NCBI GenBank assembly: GCA_015056005.1
Contig: SVHB01000004.1
Location: 1-58,817, forward strand
Source: Clostridiales bacterium
GTDB lineage: Bacteria; Bacillota; Clostridia; Christensenellales; UBA1750
Direction of reading: 5' to 3'
DNA: 58,817 nt
Shown here: in pieces, positions 18,024 to 28,111 of the stretch
Layout: every line of letters starts with the position of its first letter
Numbering within the stretch: the first letter of the stretch is position 1
Program-made: the position numbers and the translations under genes
The notes under the pieces: model-generated
What the model was told of the DNA's origin: nothing
What the model saw: the letters and a program-made list of their open reading frames with translations, nothing else
Databases searched by the model: none

Positions 18024-18920
18024 TCATCTTATTATGCTGATCGCCCTGGGGATGTTTTCGATCCTTGCTATGCCTTCAAAATTTGCGGGATCGCCGTCAA
18101 GCGACCACGGGGTGGAGTCCGCCCTTGTGACCGTGATGGACGAGGCCTTGAAAAAATCGATGTTCCGCCTGTCGTACTGCATGGTCGACAGCTGTTTTAC
18201 GCACTGTGCAAGGTCGGAAAGGTTCTGCGGCATCTTTATCAGCATCACCTCGAACATGCCGTCGCCGAAGGAGACGACCTTGGGATCGAGCTGCATAAGC
18301 CCGCATACCTGCGTGGAGTTTGTGACCGAACCGAAAATATAGCTGCCCGAATGGGTCACGCCGTCGGCGTTGAATGAAAGATCGTACGCTTTGAGCGTGC
18401 GTATGTCCTTTATGCCTTCAAGAACGTATGCCAAAGACCCGAGCGCGTGCTTGCTCTCCCTTGGGGTCACGTTGACCGCCTGTGTAAAATATCCGAAGCT
18501 TGCGACAAAAACGAAATAGTTTTCGCCCATCCTGCCCAGATCGAACTTCTGCGGATTGTCAAACCCCTTGACCAACGCCCTCGCCGCTTCAAAGGGGACC
18601 CTGCTTATGCCCGATGACGCGGCAAAAATATTGCCCGTGCCGCAGGGGATCACGCCTATGGGCGTATTTGCCCCGGAAAGGTACACTCCGCGCACGACCT
18701 CGTTTAAGGTACCGTCGCCGCCGCAGGCGCAGATAACGTCGTAATCGCCTGAAAGCTTCCTTGCCGTTTCAAATGAATCGCCCGGGTATGCGGTCGTGTG
18801 CACGTCCACCGCAAACCTTTTTGTCAGCTCGTCCAGAACCTGTGAATATGTGCCCGGAACCGTGGTCAGTTTGCTGAAGGGCGTGGTTATCAGTAAAAGC
18901 TTGTTTTTCGTTTTTATCAC
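18024..18920 (-). CDS. diacylglycerol kinase-family lipid kinase (YegS/BmrU type)
   Basis: 298 aa. GGDGTLNEV motif. GTG start. Confidence 0.85.
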   Translation of the reverse strand: MIKTKNKLLLITTPFSKLTTVPGTYSQVLDELTKRFAVDVHTTAYPGDSFETARKLSGDYDVICACGGDGTLNEVVRGVYLSGANTPIGVIPCGTGNIFAASSGISRVPFEAARALVKGFDNPQKFDLGRMGENYFVFVASFGYFTQAVNVTPRESKHALGSLAYVLEGIKDIRTLKAYDLSFNADGVTHSGSYIFGSVTNSTQVCGLMQLDPKVVSFGDGMFEVMLIKMPQNLSDLAQCVKQLSTMQYDRRNIDFFKASSITVTRADSTPWSLDGDPANFEGIARIENIPRAISIIR

Positions 18921-18936
18921 CTGCCGATGACGTAAA

Positions 18937-19653
18937 TTATGCCGTGCAGGTCTTCATGAGCACGTCTTTTATAAGCCGCTGCCCGTTCTCGTTGGGGTGG
19001 ATGCCGTCCTCGCACATGAGCCTGCCGTAATTATCATTATACAGGAACGCGCTGCGAACGTCCACGCACCTGACCTGCATTTTGGCCGCCAAATTGGTAA
19101 CAGTTTGTGAATAAAGTTCCTGATAGCGGTATATCCTCTGCTCGTCGCCCAAAAACTCCATTATAGAGTCCCTGTCTGCGCCAAGGCGGGTGATCCAGTC
19201 AAGGTACCTGTGCGCGTCGATCGGCGGAAGGTTCATGATCACGGGCTCTATACCCTTTTCACGGATAAGCGAGATCATCTTCTCGTAGGTCTCAATGAAC
19301 ACCGGCAGGGGAGTGTTGGGCAGGTGCTCCTCTTTGGGAGATGCGGCGACCTTGTTCCAGTCAAAATCGCAGTCGTTGCCGCCGAACTCCAAAAGCACGC
19401 AGCTGCCCTCCTTTGCATTTTTCAAAAAGCGCTCGACCTGTACAAGCCCTTTTTCTATGGTGCAGCCGAATTTGGCGCGGTTCACTATCATCCCGGGAAA
19501 TTCTTCCATCAGTTCGCTTGCCGCGCTGCCCTGAGCAACGTAATACCTGCCCGCGTCGTCGAGCATGATCCCCTTCATTATAGAATCGCCGAATATTTCA
19601 ATGCCGCGGTTGATCATCTTCGATAAACCGGATGCAAAAACCTGAAATGCCAT
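18937..19653 (-). CDS. SGNH/GDSL-family hydrolase
   Basis: Blocks FGDSIMKG, GGND and DGIHPN. Start set at ATG 19653, 5 nt downstream of the SD AGGAGGTG. Confidence 0.8.
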   Translation of the reverse strand: MAFQVFASGLSKMINRGIEIFGDSIMKGIMLDDAGRYYVAQGSAASELMEEFPGMIVNRAKFGCTIEKGLVQVERFLKNAKEGSCVLLEFGGNDCDFDWNKVAASPKEEHLPNTPLPVFIETYEKMISLIREKGIEPVIMNLPPIDAHRYLDWITRLGADRDSIMEFLGDEQRIYRYQELYSQTVTNLAAKMQVRCVDVRSAFLYNDNYGRLMCEDGIHPNENGQRLIKDVLMKTCTA

Positions 19654-19698
19654 AAGCACACCTCCTAAGACATAGAACCAAATCTCTTTACATCTGGT

Positions 19699-19727
19699 AT
19701 TATAAACCAGATGACGGGGTTTGTAAA
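19699..19727 (-). promoter_or_regulatory. sigma-A-type promoter (SGNH hydrolase / lipid kinase operon)
   Basis: Minus strand: TTTACA, 17-nt spacer, TATAAT. Confidence 0.6.
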
Positions 19728-19743
19728 TAGATTTCTGATAAAC

Positions 19744-19772
19744 TTTACATATTTTTTTTGATGTGCTATAAT
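19744..19772 (+). promoter_or_regulatory. sigma-A-type promoter (zinc-ribbon gene)
   Basis: TTTACA (19744-19749), 17-nt spacer, TATAAT (19767-19772). Confidence 0.6.
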
Positions 19773-19811
19773 GTATCTTGCGTTAATATACGCCAAAGGA
19801 GTTGTTATATA

Positions 19812-20519
19812 ATGAGCGCAATGGAGCAGCTGTGGATATATCAGCAGGCAGATTCTAAAGTAGTGAAATATGAAAACGAGATGAGGCAGGATCCCAACCG
19901 CCGCAAGCTCGTAAAGCTTCGCAATTATTATAAAGAGCAGCAGAATGCCATGCAGTCTGTTGAAGACGGTGTAAGCAAGACCGAGAAGACCATCGCTCAG
20001 TGCCAGAGCCAGTATGAGCAGCTCAAAAAGAGGCTTGAAAGCTGCAGCACCAGGACGAGCGAGGACGATTTCTCCTCTGCGTCCGAGGTCAAGAGCGCGA
20101 TTTCGGACATAAACGATATCGTCTTAAAGCTTCAGCAGCTTCAGCAGCGCCTTCAGGCAGCAGTAAGAGAGGCCGACGGTCTCAACCGCAGCCTCAGGCA
20201 GGCTCGTTCAAATGCTCAGCAGGCGAAGAACGATTACACCGAGCTCAAGAAGGAATACGATGAGCAGCTCGCTGTTCAGACCGAGGAGCTCAAAAAGCTG
20301 GAAGCCGAGCGCGACGCTCTTTCAAGCGGCATCCCGCCCCAGCTGATCGCAAAGTACAATTCGGTCAAGCAGCGCTGCTTCCCGCCTATCGCAAAGCTTG
20401 TGGGCGAAAAATGCGGCGGGTGCAACATGGAACTGCCCGCTGTCACTCTTTCCGACGCATCGCGTGACGGCGCCATCGTCGAGTGCGAGAACTGCGGCAG
20501 GATACTTTACGTAAAATAA
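19812..20519 (+). CDS. coiled-coil protein with a C-terminal C4 zinc ribbon (COG1579-like)
   Basis: Long heptad-like region, then CGGCNMELP...CENCGRILY. Start set at ATG 19812, which follows the SD AAAGGAG. Confidence 0.7.
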   Translation: MSAMEQLWIYQQADSKVVKYENEMRQDPNRRKLVKLRNYYKEQQNAMQSVEDGVSKTEKTIAQCQSQYEQLKKRLESCSTRTSEDDFSSASEVKSAISDINDIVLKLQQLQQRLQAAVREADGLNRSLRQARSNAQQAKNDYTELKKEYDEQLAVQTEELKKLEAERDALSSGIPPQLIAKYNSVKQRCFPPIAKLVGEKCGGCNMELPAVTLSDASRDGAIVECENCGRILYVK

Positions 20520-21160
20520 ATATCAAAAGCCCTGTTAATTACATCCATGCGGCGGGCTGTTTCGGCTGAAGGGCCGGAGCAGCTCGCTTTTTCGTACACG
20601 CTTTTCTGCCAGTTGGCAAACTGCACAAGCGTGCCGCTCATCTCTTTAAGCAATATTGGGCCGAAGAAGGCCTCCTCGTCAGTGAGCCTCATTTCTCCCT
20701 TTTCGGCTTTTATAATTATATAAAATTTTCCGTTTTCACGAAGGATGGCTTCGTCCGTGATCGCATAGCCCATCTTTTGCAGGCCTTTTCTCAGATCCTC
20801 ATGGTCGGTGTTGGCCTGCAATACCATCGGGCATGGGATATCGCCCGCCGCTGTTAAAATATCCAGCACGGTGAGCCCGCCCATACCGCAGATGGAGACT
20901 GCGTCTTCTTCCTTTGGCGAAAGCCCGATCAGCCCGTCGCCGACCCTGACGCTCGCCCTGTCCTCAAGGTCGTATTCGATCACGTTGTTCCTGCCCCGCT
21001 CTATCGCAGGCGCGCTGATGTCCGACAGCACGGCATACTCTGCCATGTCTTCCAAAAGCATGTACACAGGCAAAAGCCCGTGATCCGATCCGATATCGTA
21101 TATGGTATTGCATCCCGCAAGCATCCTCGCGACAATGCCAAGTCTTCTTGAAATCTGCAT
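20507..21160 (-). CDS. trmK: tRNA (adenine(22)-N(1))-methyltransferase
   Basis: MQISRRLGIVARMLAGCNTIYDIGSDHGLLPVYML matches the TrmK N-terminus. The 49-codon extension in the ORF track lies inside repeat R3, so I trimmed it. Confidence 0.85.
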   Translation of the reverse strand: MQISRRLGIVARMLAGCNTIYDIGSDHGLLPVYMLLEDMAEYAVLSDISAPAIERGRNNVIEYDLEDRASVRVGDGLIGLSPKEEDAVSICGMGGLTVLDILTAAGDIPCPMVLQANTDHEDLRKGLQKMGYAITDEAILRENGKFYIIIKAEKGEMRLTDEEAFFGPILLKEMSGTLVQFANWQKSVYEKASCSGPSAETARRMDVINRAFDIYFT

Positions 21161-21165
21161 GTTGG

Positions 21166-21862
21166 TCTCCTTTTTTGGGGGGGAGTACGTTCGAGAGGTT
21201 TCACCTCTCGAGCTCTCTGACCAAGGGTTTGCAACCCTTGGATCCCGCGGCTTTTTTATGAGTAATTGAATACGTTGGCTTACGCGTTGCCCGTAAAGTA
21301 TGGGCAACGCGTGATTTGTTTTTAGGAAGGTTATGCGGTAGAGATTTGGACGGTCAAGCGATCGCTTCTATTGTTTGTTTGAGGATGCTCATTATAAAGG
21401 CTCTCTCTTGAGGGGGTGACGCGTTAAGCAAACAGTCCGGTGGACTGTTTGCAGCCAAAGTCCGACGCGGGCTTGTTCCGCGGCGCGTCGCTGGCACGGG
21501 AACCGTGACTGATGAGGTGTCCCCCGCGTGCGCTTTTTCTTGGCATGCAGAAAAACGAACGTTATAGCGATATACTCGCTTCGCTCGTGCGATATGCGCC
21601 TTGCGGCGCGCGATATGTGCGCGAGAGGGCTTCTTTCCCTTGTTCAACTAACCGATTCTTCATCCGTCATAAATCTTACGAACGAATAATCCGCGCACAC
21701 AAAATACTTGTCTGTCGCATAAACTTCCACTATCGCATTTGCCGCGCACTTTCGCATAACATCCCGCAATCTCAAAAGCTGCGGGATCCAAGGGTTGCAA
21801 ACCCTTGGGCCCAGAGCTCGAGAGGGCGCAGCCATCTCGAACGTTCCTCCCCCACCGTCCTC
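21166..21862. repeat. mosaic hairpin element, locus R3 (inverted arms, composite cargo)
   Basis: Left arm: hp1 TCGAGAGG/CCTCTCGA 21191-21211, pal2 21221-21241, hp3 21284-21310. Cargo hairpins at 21428-21452, 21463-21490 and 21495-21507, followed by ACTGATGAGGTGTCCCCC at 21508-21525. Reverse ATATCGC array at 21567-21616. Right arm: pal2 21788-21808 and hp1b 21818-21840, with no hp3. Confidence 0.85.
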
Positions 21863-21863
21863 A

Positions 21864-21898
21864 TAAAAAAGATCGGCTTTCCGGGGAAAACCGATCTT
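21864..21898 (-). terminator. rho-independent terminator of aspartate kinase
   Basis: AAGATCGG / CCGATCTT stem. On the minus strand it is followed by TTTTTAT. Confidence 0.8.
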
Positions 21899-21910
21899 GG
21901 GCATATGGAA

Positions 21911-23224
21911 TTACTGTACGAAGGCTTCGTAGATAGCTACGATTGCTTTATTGAAATCGGCGGTCTCGATAGCGACGATGATATTCATTTCGCTGGAGCC
22001 CTGATCGATCATGCGCACGTTGACGTGGCTGTTTTTGAGGGCGGCGAAGAGCCTGCTTGCGGTACCGGGCTGACGGACCATGCCGCGGCCGACGGTAGCG
22101 ATGAGGGAAAGACCGGTGGTGATCTCGATGGAATCGGGCTTGCAGACTCGGTAGAGATCGGTCACGACGTCGTCAAGCTTGCCGTCAATGGAAGAATCGG
22201 CAACAACGACGGTCATGGTATCGATGCCGGTGGGCAGATGCTCAAAGGAAATTCCGTGATCTTCAAGCACCTTGAGCACTCTGCGGCCGAAACCGAGCTC
22301 GCTGTTCATCATCGCCTTATCGATGGTGATGGCGGTAAAGCCCTTATGACCCGCGATACCGGTGATGGTATCGAACATATGGGGCGGAGCGTCGGCAACG
22401 ATGGTGGTGCCGCGGTCTTGGGGACGGTTGGTGTTGCGGATATTGATCGGGATCTGCGCCTGCTTTACGGGGAAGATCGCTTCCTCATGCAGAACGCCCG
22501 CACCCATGTAGGAAAGCTCTCTGAGCTCTCTGTAGGTGATGACCTCGATGGGCTTGGGATTTTCGACTATTCTGGGATCGGCCATAAGGAAACCGGAAAC
22601 GTCGGTCCAGTTTTCGTAAAGCCTTGCGTTGACAGCGCGGGCAACGATAGCGCCGGTGATATCGGAACCGCCCCTTGAGAAGGTCTTTATGGAACCGTCG
22701 ATACGGGAACCGTAGAAACCGGGAACGACCGCGCGCTCGATGTTTTCAAGCCTGGAACCGAGCTGCTCGTAGGTGCGCGCAGCGTCGTAAGCGCCCCTTG
22801 CGTCAAAGCTGATGACCTCTGCAGCGTCAACGAACTCGTAGCCAAGGTATGCGGCAAGAAGGATACCGTTTAAGTATTCGCCTCTGCTTGCGGCATAATC
22901 GGCGCTCTGACCGTTCTGGATGGAATATTTTACGATCTCGAGCTGACGGGCGATGTCGCTTGTGATCTCAAGCTCCTTTGCGATCTCAAGGAAACGCGAT
23001 TCAATGATATCGAAAACGGGAGAGATATCCTCGCCCGCCATGGCAAGAGCGTTGCATTTATACAGAAGATCGGTGACCTTCTCATCGCCGGAAAAGCGTT
23101 TGCCGGGTGCGGAAGGCACAATATAACGCCTGTTGGTATCTGCTTCGATTATATTTTTTACCTTGCGGAACTGTGCTGCGCTGGCAAGAGAGCTGCCGCC
23201 GAATTTTGCAACGATAATGTCCAT
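21911..23224 (-). CDS. aspartate kinase
   Basis: 437 aa. N-terminal VAKFGGSSL. C-terminal ACT-like region. Confidence 0.9.
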   Translation of the reverse strand: MDIIVAKFGGSSLASAAQFRKVKNIIEADTNRRYIVPSAPGKRFSGDEKVTDLLYKCNALAMAGEDISPVFDIIESRFLEIAKELEITSDIARQLEIVKYSIQNGQSADYAASRGEYLNGILLAAYLGYEFVDAAEVISFDARGAYDAARTYEQLGSRLENIERAVVPGFYGSRIDGSIKTFSRGGSDITGAIVARAVNARLYENWTDVSGFLMADPRIVENPKPIEVITYRELRELSYMGAGVLHEEAIFPVKQAQIPINIRNTNRPQDRGTTIVADAPPHMFDTITGIAGHKGFTAITIDKAMMNSELGFGRRVLKVLEDHGISFEHLPTGIDTMTVVVADSSIDGKLDDVVTDLYRVCKPDSIEITTGLSLIATVGRGMVRQPGTASRLFAALKNSHVNVRMIDQGSSEMNIIVAIETADFNKAIVAIYEAFVQ

Positions 23225-23302
23225 AAAATGCTGCCTCGTTTCCTTGTTTTACGCTTATATCGCCTGTCGGGACGAAAAAAGTGTAAATTTATCAATATTA
23301 AA

Positions 23303-23331
23303 ATTATATGAACAAGCGCATATTTTGTCAA
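23303..23331 (-). promoter_or_regulatory. consensus sigma-A promoter of aspartate kinase
   Basis: Minus strand: TTGACA (23326-23331), 17-nt spacer, TATAAT (23303-23308). Confidence 0.7.
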
Positions 23332-23375
23332 GAACAATTTAATGATCGTTCGCGTTTTGTGCATATGTTCGGGTA

Positions 23376-23404
23376 TTGCAAACATCATTGATATTTGCTA
23401 AAAT
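23376..23404 (+). promoter_or_regulatory. candidate promoter for 23464..24198
   Basis: TTGCAA, 17-nt spacer, TAAAAT. Confidence 0.4.
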
Positions 23405-23463
23405 ATGCTTATGATACTTAAATCAATAGCGCAGCACAGAACGCGGCGAAAGGAAGCGGTGTT

Positions 23464-24198
23464 TTGTTGAATAAGGTAATAAAAAAACCTGAATATAACG
23501 GCTACTATGTGTATAACGGCTCTCCCGTGATGCTCCTTGGCGGCGCAAGGCAGGAAAACCTGCTTGATCTGCCCGATATGGTAAGGCATATGGAGCAGCT
23601 CAGCGAGTGCGGCGGTAACTTTGTCAGATGCACCCTGCCTTCGGTGGAGAATGCGGAGTATCAGGCAAAGCTGAAGCTTCTTCTTGATACCTGCCTTAGG
23701 CTGGGCATAATCGTCTCCATGAACGAAGGGTTTGAAAATATCGTAAAGCATTATCCCAATATAGTCTATGATGCCGATGCGGCTCTTGTGCGCGGCTCGG
23801 GCAGGGGCGTTGACGCAGCAGTCAAGGAATTCTGGGAATCGATGCTCAGGGGCAAACCCGCGGTGAGGTTTGCGCCTCCGCCTCAGGGTATAGGTCTTGA
23901 TCAGACCGCGCAGCGCCATATCAGAAGCGCAAGGATATTCCTTGAAAGCTACGATATATTTACCAGCAAGCCTTTGACCGAGGGCGTTGCAAGAAACGAT
24001 GCGGGCGATATCGCGGTGTTCTGCATAAAGCCCCAGACCTTCAGGATGGATATGCTCGACCCCGATGAGTTCTATCATATCTATTGGCTGGACATAGTTT
24101 CGGGCAACGTGATGAGGGAATCCCTCTCGGGTCAGGACAAAAAAGCTGTGACCACGATGTTCGGAGGTCTGCAGATCGGCATAGTGAAAAAGGCGTAA
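23464..24198 (+). CDS. hypothetical protein
   Basis: 244-aa ORF with a TTG start after the SD AAGGAAGCGG. I recognise no family. Its codon usage matches the neighbouring genes. The antisense ORF 23398..24078 looks spurious. Confidence 0.5.
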   Translation: MLNKVIKKPEYNGYYVYNGSPVMLLGGARQENLLDLPDMVRHMEQLSECGGNFVRCTLPSVENAEYQAKLKLLLDTCLRLGIIVSMNEGFENIVKHYPNIVYDADAALVRGSGRGVDAAVKEFWESMLRGKPAVRFAPPPQGIGLDQTAQRHIRSARIFLESYDIFTSKPLTEGVARNDAGDIAVFCIKPQTFRMDMLDPDEFYHIYWLDIVSGNVMRESLSGQDKKAVTTMFGGLQIGIVKKA

Positions 24199-24244
24199 GC
24201 AATAAATTTAATAAATAAATTATTCATAACAGGAGGAAAACCAA

Positions 24245-25393
24245 ATGTCTAAAAGCGATGAAGTCCTGAGCAAATTCCAGCAGGATGCAGAAGTTGAAGC
24301 AATAGATACCAGCCGTGTGCTCAAGGTCGGTATCATCGGCACCGGTTGGATCGCAGAAAGCCACATCGAGTCCTATAAGAAGATGCCCGATGTCAAGGTC
24401 GTTGCAATGGCCGATCTTATCCCCGGCAAGGCAGAAAAGTTTGCAAAGCGCTACGGCGTTGAAAACGTAAACTTCTACCCCGACCATAAGTCCATGCTCG
24501 AAAACGAAGAGCTGGATGCGGTCTCCGTTTGCACCTACAACACCCAGCACGCTGTCTGCACCATCGACGCTCTCAATGCAGGCGTTCATGTTCTGCTTGA
24601 AAAGCCCATGTGCGTAACCACCGAAGAAGCTGTTGAGATCATCCGCGCCGAAAAGGCAAGCGGCAAGATCCTCTCCATCGGCTTCCAGCCCCGCTTTGAC
24701 GAGAACATGAAGATGATCAAGAAGATCGTCGATTCCGGCGTTCTCGGCGATATCTATTACATCCAGACCGGCGGCGGCCGCCGCAGAGGCATCCCGAACT
24801 CCACCTTCATCGAGAAGAGCACCGGCGGTATCGGCGCACTGGGCGATATCGGCTGCTATTCCCTTGATATGGTCCTCAACGCCATCGGCTATCCCAAGCC
24901 CCTGACCGTATCTGGCTACACCTCCGATTTCTTCGGCAAGTCCTACGAGTATTCTCTGCCCGAGAACGCATGCCGCTTCAATGTTGACGACTTCGCTGCC
25001 GCTTTCATCAGGCTCGAAGGCGACATCATCCTCGACTTCCGTATTGCATGGGCTATGCACCTTGACACTCCCGGCGATACCGTCATCCTCGGCAAGAAGG
25101 GCGCTCTGCGTATCCCCTCCACCGAGTGCTGGAACGGCTCTGTCGGCGGCCCCATGACTCTGTATTACGATCTTGCGGGCACTCAGGTAGAGACCACCAT
25201 CCCGATCCTCAAGAACAAGGGCGAAGGCGGCCTGTTCGACAAGAAGATCCGCTCCTTCCTCGACGCCATCAAGACCGGCGGCGAAGCCCCCGTTCCCTCC
25301 AGCCAGATCCTGTACAACCAGGCCATTATCGACTATATCAACATCTCCGCTCAGCAGGGCAAGGAAGTTGAAGTCGTTATCCCCGAGATCTAA
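24245..25393 (+). CDS. Gfo/Idh/MocA-family oxidoreductase
   Basis: N-terminal Rossmann motif VGIIGTGWIAESH. 382 aa. Confidence 0.9.
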   Translation: MSKSDEVLSKFQQDAEVEAIDTSRVLKVGIIGTGWIAESHIESYKKMPDVKVVAMADLIPGKAEKFAKRYGVENVNFYPDHKSMLENEELDAVSVCTYNTQHAVCTIDALNAGVHVLLEKPMCVTTEEAVEIIRAEKASGKILSIGFQPRFDENMKMIKKIVDSGVLGDIYYIQTGGGRRRGIPNSTFIEKSTGGIGALGDIGCYSLDMVLNAIGYPKPLTVSGYTSDFFGKSYEYSLPENACRFNVDDFAAAFIRLEGDIILDFRIAWAMHLDTPGDTVILGKKGALRIPSTECWNGSVGGPMTLYYDLAGTQVETTIPILKNKGEGGLFDKKIRSFLDAIKTGGEAPVPSSQILYNQAIIDYINISAQQGKEVEVVIPEI

Positions 25394-25405
25394 AAAAGAA
25401 AGGGC

Positions 25406-26131
25406 ATGAATATGGAATACGGATTGCAAATGTATTCGGTCAGGGATATCACTCCCACCGATCTTGACGGCGCTTTGAAGCAGGTCGCCGAAATAGGCTA
25501 TAAATACGTTGAGTTTGCCGGTTTCTTCGGTCACAGCGCCGAAGATGTAAAGGCCATGCTCGATAAATACGGCCTCATCTGCTCCGGCACCCATACCGGC
25601 CTTGCAGATCTCAAGGGCGATTTTGACGAGCTTATTGCCTATCATAAGACCATCGGCAACAAGAATATCATCATCCCCGGCGCTCCCATCGCGACCAAGG
25701 CAGATGTTGACGCGCTGATCGATTTTGTAAACGAGATGCAGCCCAAGCTTGCAAATGAAGGCATAACCCTCGGTTTCCACAACCATCACAGGGAATTCCT
25801 CCCCAATCAGGACGGCATCATCACCTATGACGAGCTCGAAAAAAGGACCACCATCAACCTGCAGATCGATACCTACTGGGCTTTTGTCGGCGGCAGAGAT
25901 CCCATCGAAATGATGGAACGCTTAAAGGACAGGGTAAAGATCATCCACATCAAGGACGGATCCAAGGACGGCAAGGGCAAACCCCTCGGTCTTGGCGAGG
26001 CTCCTGCGGATAAGGTATACAAAAAGGCAAAAGAGCTGGGCATGCTCATGGTCGTTGAGTCCGAGACCTGCGATCCCGACGGCATGACCGAGGCAGATAT
26101 TTGCTTCAAGTTCCTCAAGGCTCAGGAATAA
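25406..26131 (+). CDS. sugar phosphate isomerase/epimerase (xylose isomerase-like TIM barrel)
   Basis: 241 aa. Family-typical layout (YKYVEFAGFF ... GFHNHHREF ... IHIKD). Confidence 0.8.
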   Translation: MNMEYGLQMYSVRDITPTDLDGALKQVAEIGYKYVEFAGFFGHSAEDVKAMLDKYGLICSGTHTGLADLKGDFDELIAYHKTIGNKNIIIPGAPIATKADVDALIDFVNEMQPKLANEGITLGFHNHHREFLPNQDGIITYDELEKRTTINLQIDTYWAFVGGRDPIEMMERLKDRVKIIHIKDGSKDGKGKPLGLGEAPADKVYKKAKELGMLMVVESETCDPDGMTEADICFKFLKAQE

Positions 26132-26147
26132 AACAAAAAATCTTTTT

Positions 26148-26183
26148 CGGGCGCTTGCAAAAAATAGCAGGCGCCCGTTTTTT
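26148..26183 (+). terminator. rho-independent terminator
   Basis: CGGGCGC / GCGCCCG stem followed by TTTTTTG. Confidence 0.75.
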
Positions 26184-26247
26184 GTATTTGAGAATAATAT
26201 GCCTCGCCGTTGAGAAAATAACACCATATGATCAAGTGAGGTATGCT

Positions 26248-27930
26248 ATGCTTTCAAATGTCATCGTGTTTCTGCAGCTTTTGTTTTCGGGCGCGATAGC
26301 TCTGTGCTTTTTTCTGCAGCTCAGGCAGTCGGGCGCGGCTAAGCCGCAGAATACAAGGAATTACCAAAGAGAACTGGACAAGCTCAAAGCGCAAAGAAAA
26401 ATATCGCTCAATCTCCCTTTGAGCGAGGCGATCAGACCCAAGAACATGGACGAGATCATCGGGCAGGAGGACGGTCTGAAAGCCCTTGTAGCCATATTGT
26501 GCAGCCCAAACCCCCAGCATGTTATAATCTACGGCCCTCCCGGTGTTGGTAAGACCTGCGCAGCCAGAGCGGCGCTGGAAGCGGCGAAAAAGAGCGGCGT
26601 TTCCCCTTTTCGCACCGACGCGCCTTTTGTTGAGGTGGATGCGACCACCGTGCGCTTTGACGAGCGTTCGATAGCCGATCCGTTAATCGGCTCGGTGCAC
26701 GATCCCATCTATCAGGGCGCAGGCGCTCTGGGCGCTGCGGGAGTTCCCCAGCCCAAGCCGGGCGCTGTCACAAGGGCGCACGGCGGCGTCCTTTTCATAG
26801 ACGAGATCGGCGAACTGCACCCCATCCAGCTGAATAAGCTTCTGAAGGTTTTGGAAGACAGGGTCGTGATGCTCGATTCCGCTTACTATAACCCCGATGA
26901 TCCCGCGACTCCTGCCTATGTCCATGAGGTGTTTTCAAGCGGGCTTCCCGCTGATTTCAGGCTGATAGGCGCTACCACCAAGCCGCCCGAATCCATATCG
27001 CCGGCAATAAGGAGCAGGTGCATGGAAATATTCTTTGAGCCCCTTGGTGACGACAGCATAAGGATCATCGCCAAAAACGCCGCAAAGAAAGCGGATATGA
27101 CCATAGAAAAGCAGGCGCTTTCCTGCCTTGTCTCCTATTGCCCCGGCGGCAGGGACAGCGTCAACATGGTCCAGAGCGCAATCGGCTTTGCCATGCAGTC
27201 GGGAAGGAAGCAGGTGGAGCTTTCAGATATAATGTCGGTCATCAGAAGCGGCAACTATTCCCCGAAATATGAGCGGAGGATAAGGGAAAGACCTGCCCCG
27301 GGCTATGTGAACGCGCTTGCCGTTGCAGGACCAGGCGCGGGAGCGCTTTTGTGGGTGGAGACGGACGCAAGATGCGGCGGCGGCAAGTTTAAGGTGACCG
27401 GCATCGTTGAGGAGGAGCGCATCGGCGAAGGAGGGCAGCGCCAGCTAAAAAGAACCTCGCAGGCGGGATGCTCTGTGGAAAACGTGAAGACCGCGCTTTC
27501 CAATATGGGGATAGATCTTTTGGAATACGATATCCATGTGGATTTCCCGGGAGGTATCCCCATCGACGGGCCTTCCGCGGGTATCGCCATGGCGCTTTCC
27601 TGCTACTCTGCCATAAAGGAGATACCCTTTGATATAAAAACGGCGGTCACGGGCGAAATTTCCGTTCTGGGCGAGGCTCTGCCCGTGGGCGGCATACGCG
27701 AAAAAGCGCTTGCGGCAAAAAAAGCGGGCGCCAAAAGGATGCTGATCCCCTTGGGCAACGAGCGCGACGCAAAAGACTCCGGGGTGGAAGGGATAGTGTT
27801 CGTCCCTTTTCCTTCGCTTGAAAAGGCAATAGAGCTGATGCAGTCCCCGCTGCCGGAGCATATGCAAAGCGCCGAAAAAACAGAAGGCGTTTTAAGCGCC
27901 TCATCAAAGGGCGATATTGCTGAAAATTAA
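26248..27930 (+). CDS. lonB: ATP-dependent protease LonB
   Basis: N-terminal TM helix, Walker A GPPGVGKT, and Lon protease serine motif DGPSAGIAMA. Start moved to ATG 26248, which follows the SD AGTGAGG. Confidence 0.85.
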   Translation: MLSNVIVFLQLLFSGAIALCFFLQLRQSGAAKPQNTRNYQRELDKLKAQRKISLNLPLSEAIRPKNMDEIIGQEDGLKALVAILCSPNPQHVIIYGPPGVGKTCAARAALEAAKKSGVSPFRTDAPFVEVDATTVRFDERSIADPLIGSVHDPIYQGAGALGAAGVPQPKPGAVTRAHGGVLFIDEIGELHPIQLNKLLKVLEDRVVMLDSAYYNPDDPATPAYVHEVFSSGLPADFRLIGATTKPPESISPAIRSRCMEIFFEPLGDDSIRIIAKNAAKKADMTIEKQALSCLVSYCPGGRDSVNMVQSAIGFAMQSGRKQVELSDIMSVIRSGNYSPKYERRIRERPAPGYVNALAVAGPGAGALLWVETDARCGGGKFKVTGIVEEERIGEGGQRQLKRTSQAGCSVENVKTALSNMGIDLLEYDIHVDFPGGIPIDGPSAGIAMALSCYSAIKEIPFDIKTAVTGEISVLGEALPVGGIREKALAAKKAGAKRMLIPLGNERDAKDSGVEGIVFVPFPSLEKAIELMQSPLPEHMQSAEKTEGVLSASSKGDIAEN

Positions 27931-28111
27931 ATTATACAGGGATAATTTTAATGTTAATCCTTGCGTTTGCTTTCCTTGTGTGATATGATATATTAGATGC
28001 ACTATGATGGGTGTAATTCTGTGCATCAATATCAAGAATGCACAGACCGCGGGACAGATACATAACTAAAATAAAATACCCGCGCTCCTTAGAAAGGAAA
28101 GGTTTTTCACA

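Noticed and set aside
20507-20519. A 13-nt overlap between the convergent 3' ends of the zinc-ribbon gene and trmK.
   Set aside because: It is real in the sequence, but such short convergent overlaps are common in compact genomes and I see no associated structure.
23225-23302. A lysine riboswitch or other leader upstream of aspartate kinase.
   Set aside because: The leader between the consensus promoter and the SD is only about 75 nt, is A/T-rich, and shows no L-box-like conserved helices.
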